A stretch of 64,000 nt of DNA. Source: a virus. Lineage: Duplodnaviria; Caudoviricetes. The notes under the pieces are model-generated. The model made no database searches and had not been told where the DNA came from. It saw nothing but the letters and a program-made list of their open reading frames with translations. The DNA lies in the IMG/VR virus record IMGVR_UViG_3300042090_001530, positions 96,001 through 160,000 of that record; one strand, 5' to 3'. Shown in pieces: positions 46,209 through 54,279 of the stretch. The first letter of the stretch is position 1, and the number at the start of each line of letters is the position of its first letter. Both the position numbers and the translations under genes were made by a program.

Positions 46209-46507
46209 CAGCTAGCCTCCTGATCCTCGGCGCGCACCGGTTCTCCAGACGCGTACGGTCGGGCGAGGAACGCGGGCACGAAGTCCCCGTAGTGCACGCC
46301 GTCCGCGAACCTGGGCGTGAACCACCTGGCCAACTCGACCACGTACGGCCCGGTGCCGCGCACGTTGCCGACGTAGGCGACCTGTGGCACGCCGACCTGC
46401 TCGGAGCCGATGAACAGGCGCTGGCCGCGGCGGACGGGCTCGACGAGTTCGATCGTGTCCGTCTCGGCTAGGGCGGCACTGCGCAGGAAGTTCGGGCGGT
46501 CAGTCAT
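46208..46507 (-). CDS. hypothetical protein
   Basis: GAGGAGG RBS. Confidence 0.55.
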   Translation of the reverse strand: MTDRPNFLRSAALAETDTIELVEPVRRGQRLFIGSEQVGVPQVAYVGNVRGTGPYVVELARWFTPRFADGVHYGDFVPAFLARPYASGEPVRAEDQEAS

Positions 46508-46970
46508 GGCCTGGCACCTCCTCGGACTGGCCGACGGTGCCGCCCGCGCGCCGGACGCGCTTGCGGAACACGCTGAACGTGACCCCGGCCGGGATGACGA
46601 CGGGTATCTCCGGTTGGGCGGTCTCGGTCCACAGCCACGGGATCTTCCCGCCGTTGATCATCTCGACGCTGTAGGGCGTGTTGAACGCGATGCTGCGCGG
46701 AGTCTCGAACGGGCCGGTGAACTCGACCATGAAGATCTGCCACGGCGGCTCCGGATTCGGCACCCACGCGTAACTGCCGTCCGGCTGCTTCGTGTACCGC
46801 CGGGCGTCCCACGTGTACGGGCTGCCGGCGTTGCAGTCGTACGGGGCGTCGTTCCAATCGTCACCCCACTGCTTCTCGAGCTCCTGGGTGGTGAAGTAAG
46901 CGAGCCGGTGGCCGCGCGTTGACTCGTAGACGTAGCAGAGGGCCGCGTTGCGTACGGCGCGGCTAAGCAT
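46500..46970 (-). CDS. conserved phage hypothetical protein
   Basis: QWGDDWNDAPYDCNAG motif. Confidence 0.6.
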   Translation of the reverse strand: MLSRAVRNAALCYVYESTRGHRLAYFTTQELEKQWGDDWNDAPYDCNAGSPYTWDARRYTKQPDGSYAWVPNPEPPWQIFMVEFTGPFETPRSIAFNTPYSVEMINGGKIPWLWTETAQPEIPVVIPAGVTFSVFRKRVRRAGGTVGQSEEVPGHD

Positions 46971-47310
46971 CGGCGGCCTCTGTGCTCTCGGGCGGCGCAT
47001 GATGCCCCCGCTGGTATTCGCGTCCCTTGGCCGAGACCTCAAGGTTCCCGCGGCACCCACACGAACAGCCCGCGACGAGGCCCTTGTGGACGAGCCGCCG
47101 GATTTTCGAGAGCACGACTTTCGACGGCGTGTCGGGCCAGCTGCGCGCCGACTCGGCAGTGCCGACCGCCTCCGGGTGGCCGGCGAGCACGGAGGCCACG
47201 TCCCACCGACTGGCTGCGGTGAACGTGTGCCCGGTCAGTTCGGTGCGGCGCCGGTTCGCCTCGTCGATCGCGTCCAGGAACGCGACGTCGGGAATGTCAG
47301 CGGCCTTCAC
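46963..47310 (-). CDS. hypothetical protein
   Basis: KVVLSKIRRLVHKGLVAGCSCGCRG; GTGA overlap. Confidence 0.55.
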   Translation of the reverse strand: MKAADIPDVAFLDAIDEANRRRTELTGHTFTAASRWDVASVLAGHPEAVGTAESARSWPDTPSKVVLSKIRRLVHKGLVAGCSCGCRGNLEVSAKGREYQRGHHAPPESTEAADA

Positions 47311-47885
47311 GTGCCACCGCCAGCCTGCTCGGTGTTGGCGACTGCTTCGTCCCACCTGAACCCACAGATCATGCACAGGCGCCCGAGCCATTCGTCGGGC
47401 CACCACGGTGCTATCCCGGTCGCTGACGGATACGGGCGCCAGTCCGCGCCGCCGCTGAAGTAGCCCGCATACCAAGGGCCGTTCTCGCCGAGCAGCCCGA
47501 TCTGCCGCTGCGGGTCGGTTAGCGCGCGAAGGTATCGCGTCTGCGCACAGGAGCACCCGCACTTCGGACAGGCCCCGTCCTTGCCGGAGAACGGCGGCAG
47601 GCCGGGGCGCGGATCCTCGGGTGCAGGGGCGTCGTCGACTTCGACGCGTACCGGGCTGCCTGCGGCGTGCGCTCGGGCGAGCACTACGCGGTCGCTGTAC
47701 GGCTGGCCGTAGCCGAGCCGCACCACCGGGATCTCGTCGTCCGAGCACAGGTACACCGGGACGGTCTCAGCGGCGGCCGTGTCCGGTGACAGGGTGATCC
47801 GGCACGGGGCTGGCACCGGCTCGTTCAGGTGGACGTATCCGGCGCCGGGGCGCACGCTGTTCGCCAGCGTCGTCGGCCCGCTCAC
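47307..47885 (-). CDS. hypothetical zinc-finger protein
   Basis: CPKCGC...CMICG. Confidence 0.55.
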   Translation of the reverse strand: MSGPTTLANSVRPGAGYVHLNEPVPAPCRITLSPDTAAAETVPVYLCSDDEIPVVRLGYGQPYSDRVVLARAHAAGSPVRVEVDDAPAPEDPRPGLPPFSGKDGACPKCGCSCAQTRYLRALTDPQRQIGLLGENGPWYAGYFSGGADWRPYPSATGIAPWWPDEWLGRLCMICGFRWDEAVANTEQAGGGT

Positions 47886-48184
47886 CGGTTCGCCGCCTCT
47901 CGGATCACGTCGAGTCGCTCGCGCAGATCGCGGGCTTCGGCCTCTGCCGCGATCGCCCGCTTCAGCGCGTCGAGGTATCTCCGTTCCGTCTCCTCATCCA
48001 CGCCCTTGCGCCGAGCCTCATGCACCTGCCGCGCCGTATCGGCAGGCAGCCCGCACCTAGGGCACGGCTGGCCGTCGCGGAACGCGGCGAGGATGTCCGA
48101 GAGGTAGTTGCCGCAGCCTGGGCACTCGATCCGGCCGTAGTCGCGGGCTTCCTCGAACACGTCAGTCGTTGAAGTGGTACTCAC
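47882..48184 (-). CDS. zinc-ribbon/coiled-coil protein (paralog of next)
   Basis: CPGC..LS..CPRCGL..AEAEARDLR. Confidence 0.6.
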   Translation of the reverse strand: MSTTSTTDVFEEARDYGRIECPGCGNYLSDILAAFRDGQPCPRCGLPADTARQVHEARRKGVDEETERRYLDALKRAIAAEAEARDLRERLDVIREAANR

Positions 48185-48473
48185 GTTCGCGCCCCTCCCA
48201 GTCGAAGGCTCCCAGGTAGCTGCGCAGCCGGGCGAGCTTCCGCTTCAGGTTCGTGGCCTCCGCCTCGGCCTTCCCGGCCCGGACGGCGAGTTCCTCGAAC
48301 TTCGCGGTCACCTCGGCCGACGCGTGCGTCTCGCGGACCCGGTAGATCTCACGGAGCGTCTCGCCCGCCAGTCCGCACGTCGGGCACGCGTCCGGGTAGG
48401 CGTCGCCGTCGTACACCTCAGCGAGCGCGGACAGGTGCGACTGGCAGGACGGGCACGTGAACTTGCGGGTCAC
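48162..48473 (-). CDS. zinc-ribbon/coiled-coil protein
   Basis: CPSC..LS..CPTCGL..AEAEATNLK. Confidence 0.6.
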   Translation of the reverse strand: MTRKFTCPSCQSHLSALAEVYDGDAYPDACPTCGLAGETLREIYRVRETHASAEVTAKFEELAVRAGKAEAEATNLKRKLARLRSYLGAFDWEGREREYHFND

Positions 48474-48943
48474 GACAGCGCCCCGATCGCCGCGTCGAAC
48501 AGTTCGTTCGCACGCCGCTTGTCATAATCCTTGACGTAGTAGCCGTCGTCGAAGTACTCCATGTCCAACAGCCCTCCGGCAGCGAACGCGATGAAAAGCC
48601 TCGTGTCCCAGTCAGAGCTGCCCCACGGGGATTTGAGGCCCTTGGCGGCCCGAAGCAGAGCGATCAGGTATTCGCGCACCGTGGAGGCGTTGACGTCGTT
48701 CGGGCCCATGGGCAGGCCGAGGATCAGTGCGCCGTCCGGTTCCTGCCGCGGGTCGCGCTGCACGACGACTGACGGTTCGTCGATGCGGATGGAGGTGATC
48801 GTGTCGCCGGCGCGTAGTTCGAAGCCGGCGTAGTCATTCGGGCTGGGCTCGATGGTCCAGGTGCCGTCGCGCCACACCGGCTCGTATCGGCCGCGCTCGG
48901 TGGCGGTGAACGGTTCGGTGAGGGGGATTTCGAAGTCAGCCAT
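48470..48943 (-). CDS. hypothetical protein
   Basis: GGAG RBS, 8-nt overlap. Confidence 0.55.
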   Translation of the reverse strand: MADFEIPLTEPFTATERGRYEPVWRDGTWTIEPSPNDYAGFELRAGDTITSIRIDEPSVVVQRDPRQEPDGALILGLPMGPNDVNASTVREYLIALLRAAKGLKSPWGSSDWDTRLFIAFAAGGLLDMEYFDDGYYVKDYDKRRANELFDAAIGALS

Positions 48944-49151
48944 CAGCGTCTCCGTGCGTTGGTTCCGTGGCGGGGAGTAGTCCGGCGTCGTCGAGCATCC
49001 CGAGCGCCCGCCTGGCCGCCGCGTCCGGGTAGGGCGCGCCGCCGGGCTGATGGTCGACCGCGCGCCGGCCGAGCGAGACGTACGTGGCGACCTGTACGAG
49101 CGCGTCGAACGCCTCACGGGGTACGGCGACGTAGCCGCTCTCCCGGCTCAC
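48936..49151 (-). CDS. hypothetical protein
   Basis: coupled ORF. Confidence 0.5.
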   Translation of the reverse strand: MSRESGYVAVPREAFDALVQVATYVSLGRRAVDHQPGGAPYPDAAARRALGMLDDAGLLPATEPTHGDADG

Positions 49152-49429
49152 TCCGCGCTCAATTCGAAGTGCAGCCCAAGCTCGGTGATGACGGCGCTCG
49201 CCCCCGGCATCAGGCCGTCGAGGACGGTCGGGTTCGCGTTGATGTAGGCAGTGACCGCCTTCGCGTTTCCGAGAACCCGTGCGGCGGCGGCATCGTTCTC
49301 GCGCTGGATCTCCTCCATGACGCGGTCGTACGCCTCCCAGTAGGCCTGCTCTTCCGGGGTCATGTCGTCGAGCCCGAACACGGCCTCGATCCGCAGCTTC
49401 AGGTGCCCGGCGTACGCGTCGTCAGTCAT
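49148..49429 (-). CDS. hypothetical protein
   Basis: coupled ORF. Confidence 0.55.
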   Translation of the reverse strand: MTDDAYAGHLKLRIEAVFGLDDMTPEEQAYWEAYDRVMEEIQRENDAAAARVLGNAKAVTAYINANPTVLDGLMPGASAVITELGLHFELSAE

Positions 49430-50165
49430 CGGCCGCCTCGTCCTCGTTCAACTGGTCTTCGTCGAAGGCCGGGATGCCGTGCAGGTTCGCCGTCAGCTTG
49501 GCGCTCGGGCCGTACACGTCGTTCCGGTGGCACCGGCACGGGCACACCCCGAGGACGCTGGTCCTGCTCAGCACCGTGCCCCAGCCGATCGGATTTGGCT
49601 CCACGGCGCCAGCGGAGCGGATAATGAACCCGGCGGTACAGCGCGGCCACACCTCGTCCTGATGGTCCCTGTCGCTGTCACGGCAGCGCTCCAGGTCGTG
49701 CTTGTCGCCCGGCTTGACGATGAACACCTTGCCGCGCAGGTACCGGTACGACTCCTCATCGGCGGTCGCGACCGCGCCGAAGCTGCGCTCGATGAAGTAC
49801 TTCACGAAGTGCTCGAACCGGTCCGTGTCGGTGCCGCCGAACTGAAGGTCCAGCAGCATCGGGTCGAGATGCGTCTCGCGCGACGTGAACCGGCGTCCGT
49901 CAATGCGCACGGACACTTCCATCAGGACGTTCGACTCATGCCACGCCGGGCGCCCGGTATGCGGGTCGTAGACGCCGGGGTAGGGTGCCCGGGACGGACC
50001 GGTGGGCCAGCGCACGACCTGCCCGGCGACGGCCCGCATGTGCTCGTCGCCACCGGCTTCGGCGTCCTGGATCAGCCGTAGGACGTCGCGTTCGCTACCG
50101 CCGTCCGTGCCGAGGCGACGGGCGCGCTCGGACAACTCCTCGGGAGTGGGGCCGGACTCAGTCAT
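49422..50165 (-). CDS. hypothetical protein
   Basis: coupled ORF, high GC3, CPCRCH motif. Confidence 0.6.
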   Translation of the reverse strand: MTESGPTPEELSERARRLGTDGGSERDVLRLIQDAEAGGDEHMRAVAGQVVRWPTGPSRAPYPGVYDPHTGRPAWHESNVLMEVSVRIDGRRFTSRETHLDPMLLDLQFGGTDTDRFEHFVKYFIERSFGAVATADEESYRYLRGKVFIVKPGDKHDLERCRDSDRDHQDEVWPRCTAGFIIRSAGAVEPNPIGWGTVLSRTSVLGVCPCRCHRNDVYGPSAKLTANLHGIPAFDEDQLNEDEAADD

Positions 50166-50508
50166 CGTCGTCCCCTTTGCAGAGCAGCGTCCCGGATTCC
50201 TGGAAGCCGCAGGTCCTGCACGCCTCCTGGAAGTTGCACTGCCGCCGAGCGCCTTCGTGGTCGTGGAAGTCGTGATGCGCCATCGGTCCGCAGCCTTGCG
50301 GACACTCCCGTTCGATCACGGGCCGCAGCGGGGCTGACTCGCAGACCTCGGGCCACCGGTAGTAGTCGTTCGCGTCGTCATCGTCGAGGAACCACGCGAA
50401 GCCCCACGCGTCGCTCCGAAACCAGAGCCGGCCGTGTCGGTCCACGACGCGGGTAAGCGGGGGCGGTTCGGCGCAGCCGAGGGGGAGCGGTTCGCCGAGG
50501 CTAAGCAT
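50158..50508 (-). CDS. hypothetical zinc-finger protein
   Basis: AAGGAG RBS; CPQGC..CRTC. Confidence 0.55.
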   Translation of the reverse strand: MLSLGEPLPLGCAEPPPLTRVVDRHGRLWFRSDAWGFAWFLDDDDANDYYRWPEVCESAPLRPVIERECPQGCGPMAHHDFHDHEGARRQCNFQEACRTCGFQESGTLLCKGDDDD

Positions 50509-50851
50509 CGATCTCCTTCGGTCGCAGGACTTCGCCGTCCACGAACTCGGGCTGAACGGACGCGACCTTGACGTAGCCTTCGCTCTCGCCGTCAGTGGTT
50601 ACCGACAGGTAGACCGAGAGCCCTGGCGTGTGCCACTCCCAGCAGCGGCTGCCGTCGTCGCCGACGCCTTCGGACGGGGCCGTGGTGACGACGAGATGCC
50701 GGGCGCCGTCGCGGGCATGCTCGGGCACGCCCAGGCCGGCGAGGAACGCGGCTGCGAGCGGCGTATTCGCGGCCGTCGAGCATTCGGCCGGCGGCACCGG
50801 CGCGACGCTGAGGAGGTCGACTGGGCGGAAGACGTCGCGGGGGTTAGTCAT
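50501..50851 (-). CDS. hypothetical protein
   Basis: GGAG RBS, 8-nt overlap. Confidence 0.5.
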   Translation of the reverse strand: MTNPRDVFRPVDLLSVAPVPPAECSTAANTPLAAAFLAGLGVPEHARDGARHLVVTTAPSEGVGDDGSRCWEWHTPGLSVYLSVTTDGESEGYVKVASVQPEFVDGEVLRPKEIDA

Positions 50852-51326
50852 CGCAATCTCCGGGTGCAACCAGTTCGAGCAGCCGCTGCTCCCAGGACGC
50901 GTGCAGCGTGTTGACGTTGTCGCCAGCGAGTTGGCCTGCCTCGCCTGCCTGCGCCACGACGCCGCCGAGTTCGTTCAGGCCCGCGCCGTCGGCGGTGCGG
51001 ATCCGGTACTCCAGTTCGGTGAACGCGTCCGGCCCGGACGGCGGCGCTGGCTCAGCGCCTTTGGGCGCGACCAGCCTGCCGAGCCGCGCCGACCAGGCTT
51101 CGCACAACTCGAGGTCTTGGTCGCGGGTGAGACTCTGGCCGAGCCACGCCTCACGGATCTCGATCCACAACGGTCCGAGTGCCGCACCGTCGGCCGCCTT
51201 GATCCGGGTGAGCAGCGCGTTGAACAGCGCCGTGTCCGGGCGCCACGTGAAGTCGTGCGTCCATGCCGCCAGGATCTCGCCGAACACCTGGCCGAAGGCT
51301 TCGGGGAACGGTATGGGCTCAGTCAT
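50844..51326 (-). CDS. hypothetical helical protein
   Basis: coupled ORF. Confidence 0.55.
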   Translation of the reverse strand: MTEPIPFPEAFGQVFGEILAAWTHDFTWRPDTALFNALLTRIKAADGAALGPLWIEIREAWLGQSLTRDQDLELCEAWSARLGRLVAPKGAEPAPPSGPDAFTELEYRIRTADGAGLNELGGVVAQAGEAGQLAGDNVNTLHASWEQRLLELVAPGDCDD

Positions 51327-51636
51327 CGACCTTCACCACCGTCACGGGCCCGGTTTCGCACACTCGCGTCCACGATTCCGGTTCGAAGTAGTCGACGTCG
51401 GTCTTCTCCCAGTTCGCGGCACCGTCATGGTCGCCATCGTCCGTCCGCCGCCACAGCCGACCGCTGGCGTCTCGAACCGTGACCCAGTGCCCGGGCTCGG
51501 GGTCGCCCGCGGTGAGTACGTCGCCGACGTTCGGCGGCACCCGGTCCTCCCAAGGAAACGGGGTCGAGTCGTTGACCCGGAACAGCCCGCCGACCATCGC
51601 GTGCGGGCGGATGACCGGTCCGAGGCTCTCAGCCAT
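51319..51636 (-). CDS. hypothetical protein
   Basis: coupled ORF. Confidence 0.55.
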   Translation of the reverse strand: MAESLGPVIRPHAMVGGLFRVNDSTPFPWEDRVPPNVGDVLTAGDPEPGHWVTVRDASGRLWRRTDDGDHDGAANWEKTDVDYFEPESWTRVCETGPVTVVKVDD

Positions 51637-51853
51637 CGGCCACCGCCGTCGATTCGACGATCTCGTACTTGAGCGACTGGACCAGCCGCCCCTTGAACTG
51701 ACGCACCCGCAGGCCGGTCACGACGCAGCGCGTGAGCTCAGGCGTGCCGGACTCCCAGTCGGTGAAGTCGAACTCGAGCGGCTCATCGAGCAGCGCGTAG
51801 TTCGCGGTGAATTCGTGGAGCAGTCCGCGGAGAGTCGGCGGCTTGTCAGTCAT
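51629..51853 (-). CDS. hypothetical protein
   Basis: coupled ORF. Confidence 0.5.
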   Translation of the reverse strand: MTDKPPTLRGLLHEFTANYALLDEPLEFDFTDWESGTPELTRCVVTGLRVRQFKGRLVQSLKYEIVESTAVADG

Positions 51854-52118
51854 CCTCGCGCTCCGCTTCAGCGGCCGCCGCCGGGCATCCGAGCCACGGC
51901 CAGTGCACGAGGCTCAGGTTGACGTTCGTCGGCCCGGTCTCGGTGCGTTCGGGATGGAAGTACGCGCCACTGTGCATGTCGGCCTTCTCGAGTCCGTACC
52001 AGTGCCCGTTGAGCGTGATGAACGAGCCGCCTGTGAGGCCGTGGAGGTCGATGTCGTGGTGAGCGCCGAGGTGTTCGACGCGGGCGGTGAGGGGTTGACG
52101 CTTCGCTGAGTCCGGCAC
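51846..52118 (-). CDS. hypothetical protein
   Basis: first gene of the - strand unit. Confidence 0.5.
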   Translation of the reverse strand: MPDSAKRQPLTARVEHLGAHHDIDLHGLTGGSFITLNGHWYGLEKADMHSGAYFHPERTETGPTNVNLSLVHWPWLGCPAAAAEAEREDD

Positions 52119-52135
52119 GCGACCAGTGTGCCGTA

Positions 52136-52192
52136 TTACGTCCTACCATCACACGTCTTACGGCTACCATCGGACGCAGTCTCAGAAAGGGG
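52136..52192 (+). promoter_or_regulatory. tandem repeat with two -10-like hexamers, plus RBS
   Basis: TTACG-tc-CTACCATC and TTACG-g-CTACCATC; TACCAT at 52144 and 52165; AGAAAGGGG before GTG. Confidence 0.55.
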
Positions 52193-52198
52193 TCACCA

Positions 52199-52933
52199 GT
52201 GGCCAAGCTGTGCCAGATCGTCGCCGTCGAGAAGTCGGTGAAGTCCAAGTCGTTCGCGGACCTCACCGAAGCGCATCACGCGTTGCAGAAGCCCGCGCTG
52301 CTCGCCGGGATCTCCCGCACCTACCAGCCCAAGGACGAGGAAGGCGACACGTTCCCGCCCGAGTCCACGAAGGTCCAGGTGCGCGCCGAGGACGTGATCG
52401 AACGCACCGCGGCGAACCTCACCCGGCTGTTCGACGTGACCGCAACGAAGGAGTGGGCGAACTGCACGGCCCGGGCGGACGTGAAGCTCCCGGACGGCAC
52501 GGTGCTCGTGCACCAGGCGCCGGTCACGTACCTGCTGTTCCTGGAGAAGCAACTGGTCGACCTGGCGACGTTCGTGAAGAAGCTGCCGGTGCTCGACGCG
52601 GCCGAGTCGTGGGAGCACGACCCTGCGTCCAACGCGTGGCGCACCCCCGCGGTGCAGACGAACCGGTCGAAGAAGGTCTACCGCAACCACATCAAGGCCG
52701 AAGCCACCGATAAGCACCCGGCTCAGGTCGAGACGTACACCGAAGACGTGACCGCCGGGCACTGGACGACCACGAAGTTCTCCGGCGCCCTGCCGGCGAC
52801 GCGGGTTAAGGAGCTCGCCGAGCGGGTGGAGACGCTGCACCACGCCGTGAAGTTCGCGCGCGAGGAGGCCAACGGGGCCGAGGTGACGGATCGTCTGGTC
52901 GGCGAGGCCGTGTTCGGTTACCTGTTCGCGTGA
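52199..52933 (+). CDS. conserved actinobacterial/phage protein of unknown function (DUF7873-like)
   Basis: KLCQIVAVEKSVKSK..ISRTYQPKDEEG..VTYLLFLEKQL..KHPAQVE..KFSGAL..VKFAREEAN; family recalled from memory, not searched. Confidence 0.75.
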   Translation: MAKLCQIVAVEKSVKSKSFADLTEAHHALQKPALLAGISRTYQPKDEEGDTFPPESTKVQVRAEDVIERTAANLTRLFDVTATKEWANCTARADVKLPDGTVLVHQAPVTYLLFLEKQLVDLATFVKKLPVLDAAESWEHDPASNAWRTPAVQTNRSKKVYRNHIKAEATDKHPAQVETYTEDVTAGHWTTTKFSGALPATRVKELAERVETLHHAVKFAREEANGAEVTDRLVGEAVFGYLFA

Positions 52934-52956
52934 TGGTCTAGGATCTGCTGCGAGCG

Positions 52957-53070
52957 CAGGTTGAGGCTAAGGCTGAAACTGACGGATCGCTCGACGAGGT
53001 TGCAGGTTCGAGTCCTGCTCTGCGCACTCCGGGCGCAGATGGCCCAATTGGTAGAGGCGCGTCGGGTTCC
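52957..53070 (+). ncRNA. circularly permuted tRNA-like module 1 (YrlA-like)
   Basis: CTCGACG-AGGTT-GCAGG TTCGAGT CCTGC-TCTGCGC ACTCCGG GCGCAGA-TG-GCC CAATTGGTAGA GGC-G-CGTCGGG (core 52990-53066). Confidence 0.8.
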
Positions 53071-53073
53071 ACC

Positions 53074-53230
53074 CAGGTTGAGGCTCTCGCTCCAGGCTCG
53101 CGTATCGCAGTCGATCGCCCGATCGAATGGATTGCCGCTGAGACCGCCAGGTTGTTGGTTCGATCCCAACGCGAGGCTCTTCGTGCCTCGCTAGCTCAAT
53201 CGGCAGAGCAGGCGCTTCAAGGTGACGGTG
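53074..53230 (+). ncRNA. circularly permuted tRNA-like module 2 (YrlA-like)
   Basis: CGCC-AGGTT-GTTGG TTCGATC CCAAC-GCGAGGC TCTTCGT GCCTCGC-TA-GCTC AATCGGCA GAGC-A-GGCG (core 53145-53214). Confidence 0.85.
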
Positions 53231-53343
53231 TTCCTTAAACGTCGCGGGTGTGACAAATGGCTGTCAACTGACTCGATATCAGTGATTGGGACCCTCGGGA
53301 TGGATATGGCCCGGGGGTTCCGCCATGTCCGGGCAACCGTCGC

Positions 53344-53383
53344 CGGACAGGCTCGGACACCACCGGACAGCGCCCCGTACGCT
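53344..53383 (+). promoter_or_regulatory. three helically phased CGGACA repeats plus -10 of a leaderless promoter
   Basis: CGGACA at 53344, 53354, 53364; TACGCT 53378-53383; ATG at 53390. Confidence 0.55.
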
Positions 53384-53389
53384 GTTCGC

Positions 53390-53683
53390 ATGTGCCGTTA
53401 CGCGATGAGCGACTATCGGACGCACTTCGTGTGCACGTTGTGCCGCCGCTCGTTCAAGCACGAGCCCGGTAGTGAGCAGCGCTGCCCTGGCTGCCGCGGG
53501 CCGATGGTGGATGCGGGCCGGGACCTTGAGGTGCCGCGGCGTGGTGACGTGGCCGGGTGGCGTGCGCTGGCCGCAGTGCTCGACGCGGGGCTGACGTTCC
53601 ATTCGTGCGGCTGCAACGGGCCCGGCTACCGGCCGAGAACGCCGGCCGCAGCCCGGCAGGTGGCATTCGCCAGCCGTAGATAG
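53390..53683 (+). CDS. small zinc-ribbon protein
   Basis: HFVCTLCRRSFK..CPGC..MVDAGRDLEVPRR..W..HSCGCNGPGYRP. Confidence 0.7.
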   Translation: MCRYAMSDYRTHFVCTLCRRSFKHEPGSEQRCPGCRGPMVDAGRDLEVPRRGDVAGWRALAAVLDAGLTFHSCGCNGPGYRPRTPAAARQVAFASRR

Positions 53684-53684
53684 C

Positions 53685-53716
53685 GCGACCGCCCCGGTTT
53701 CGGCCGGGGCGGTCGC
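53685..53716. terminator. intrinsic terminator, probably bidirectional
   Basis: GCGACCGCCCCGG-TTTCGG-CCGGGGCGGTCGC then TTCTCT. Confidence 0.85.
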
Positions 53717-53938
53717 TTCTCTGTAGGCGGGACGTCAGGGCCGTCTCTTGCAGTTCGACGGAACTGGCCGGTCAAGCGCTTAGCGGACCGGACACCCTTC
53801 CCTAAGCGGCGTCCCTAATTGGGAGTCCAGCGCGCCGCAGTGCCGTGGTGTCCTGCGACGCTGAGTACAGGATACGCGACGGGTCCGCGCGTGTCCGGGA
53901 GGCCTGACTAGTTGTCCGACGCTGGCCCACGGCCGCGT

Positions 53939-54208
53939 CTACGCCGCTGGCATGTCCCGCAAGGCGTCGCGCACCGCGTCCCAAGGGAATACCACGAGTC
54001 GTCCGTCGCTGCCGATGTCGGCGCCGTCGGGCAGTTGGGCGCGGAGTTCCTCGGCCCTGTCTTTGCCGATGTACGCGATGCTGCCGTCGGACAGGATGAA
54101 CACGTCCGGGCAGTTCATGCCCTGTGAGCTGCCGCGTTCCTGCGGTGTCGATCCGAGTCGGCCCACGATGGTGACTGGCGCGTGCCCGTCGCTGTCGGCA
54201 GATCCCAT
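53939..54208 (-). CDS. small conserved actinobacterial protein
   Basis: GGGAG RBS; NCPDVFILSDGSIAYIG..GRLVVFP. Confidence 0.6.
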   Translation of the reverse strand: MGSADSDGHAPVTIVGRLGSTPQERGSSQGMNCPDVFILSDGSIAYIGKDRAEELRAQLPDGADIGSDGRLVVFPWDAVRDALRDMPAA

Positions 54209-54279
54209 GCCTGCGCTCCCTTCTTCGACGGCGCGCGAAGCGGCGTGGCCAACCGTAGCAGCGCGCCCGAATTGGCGTC

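Noticed and set aside
52990-53214. Canonical tRNA genes or tmRNA
   Set aside because: Arm order is permuted (T before acceptor before D), there is no anticodon loop or CCA, and neither acceptor has the G3-U70 Ala determinant that tmRNA needs
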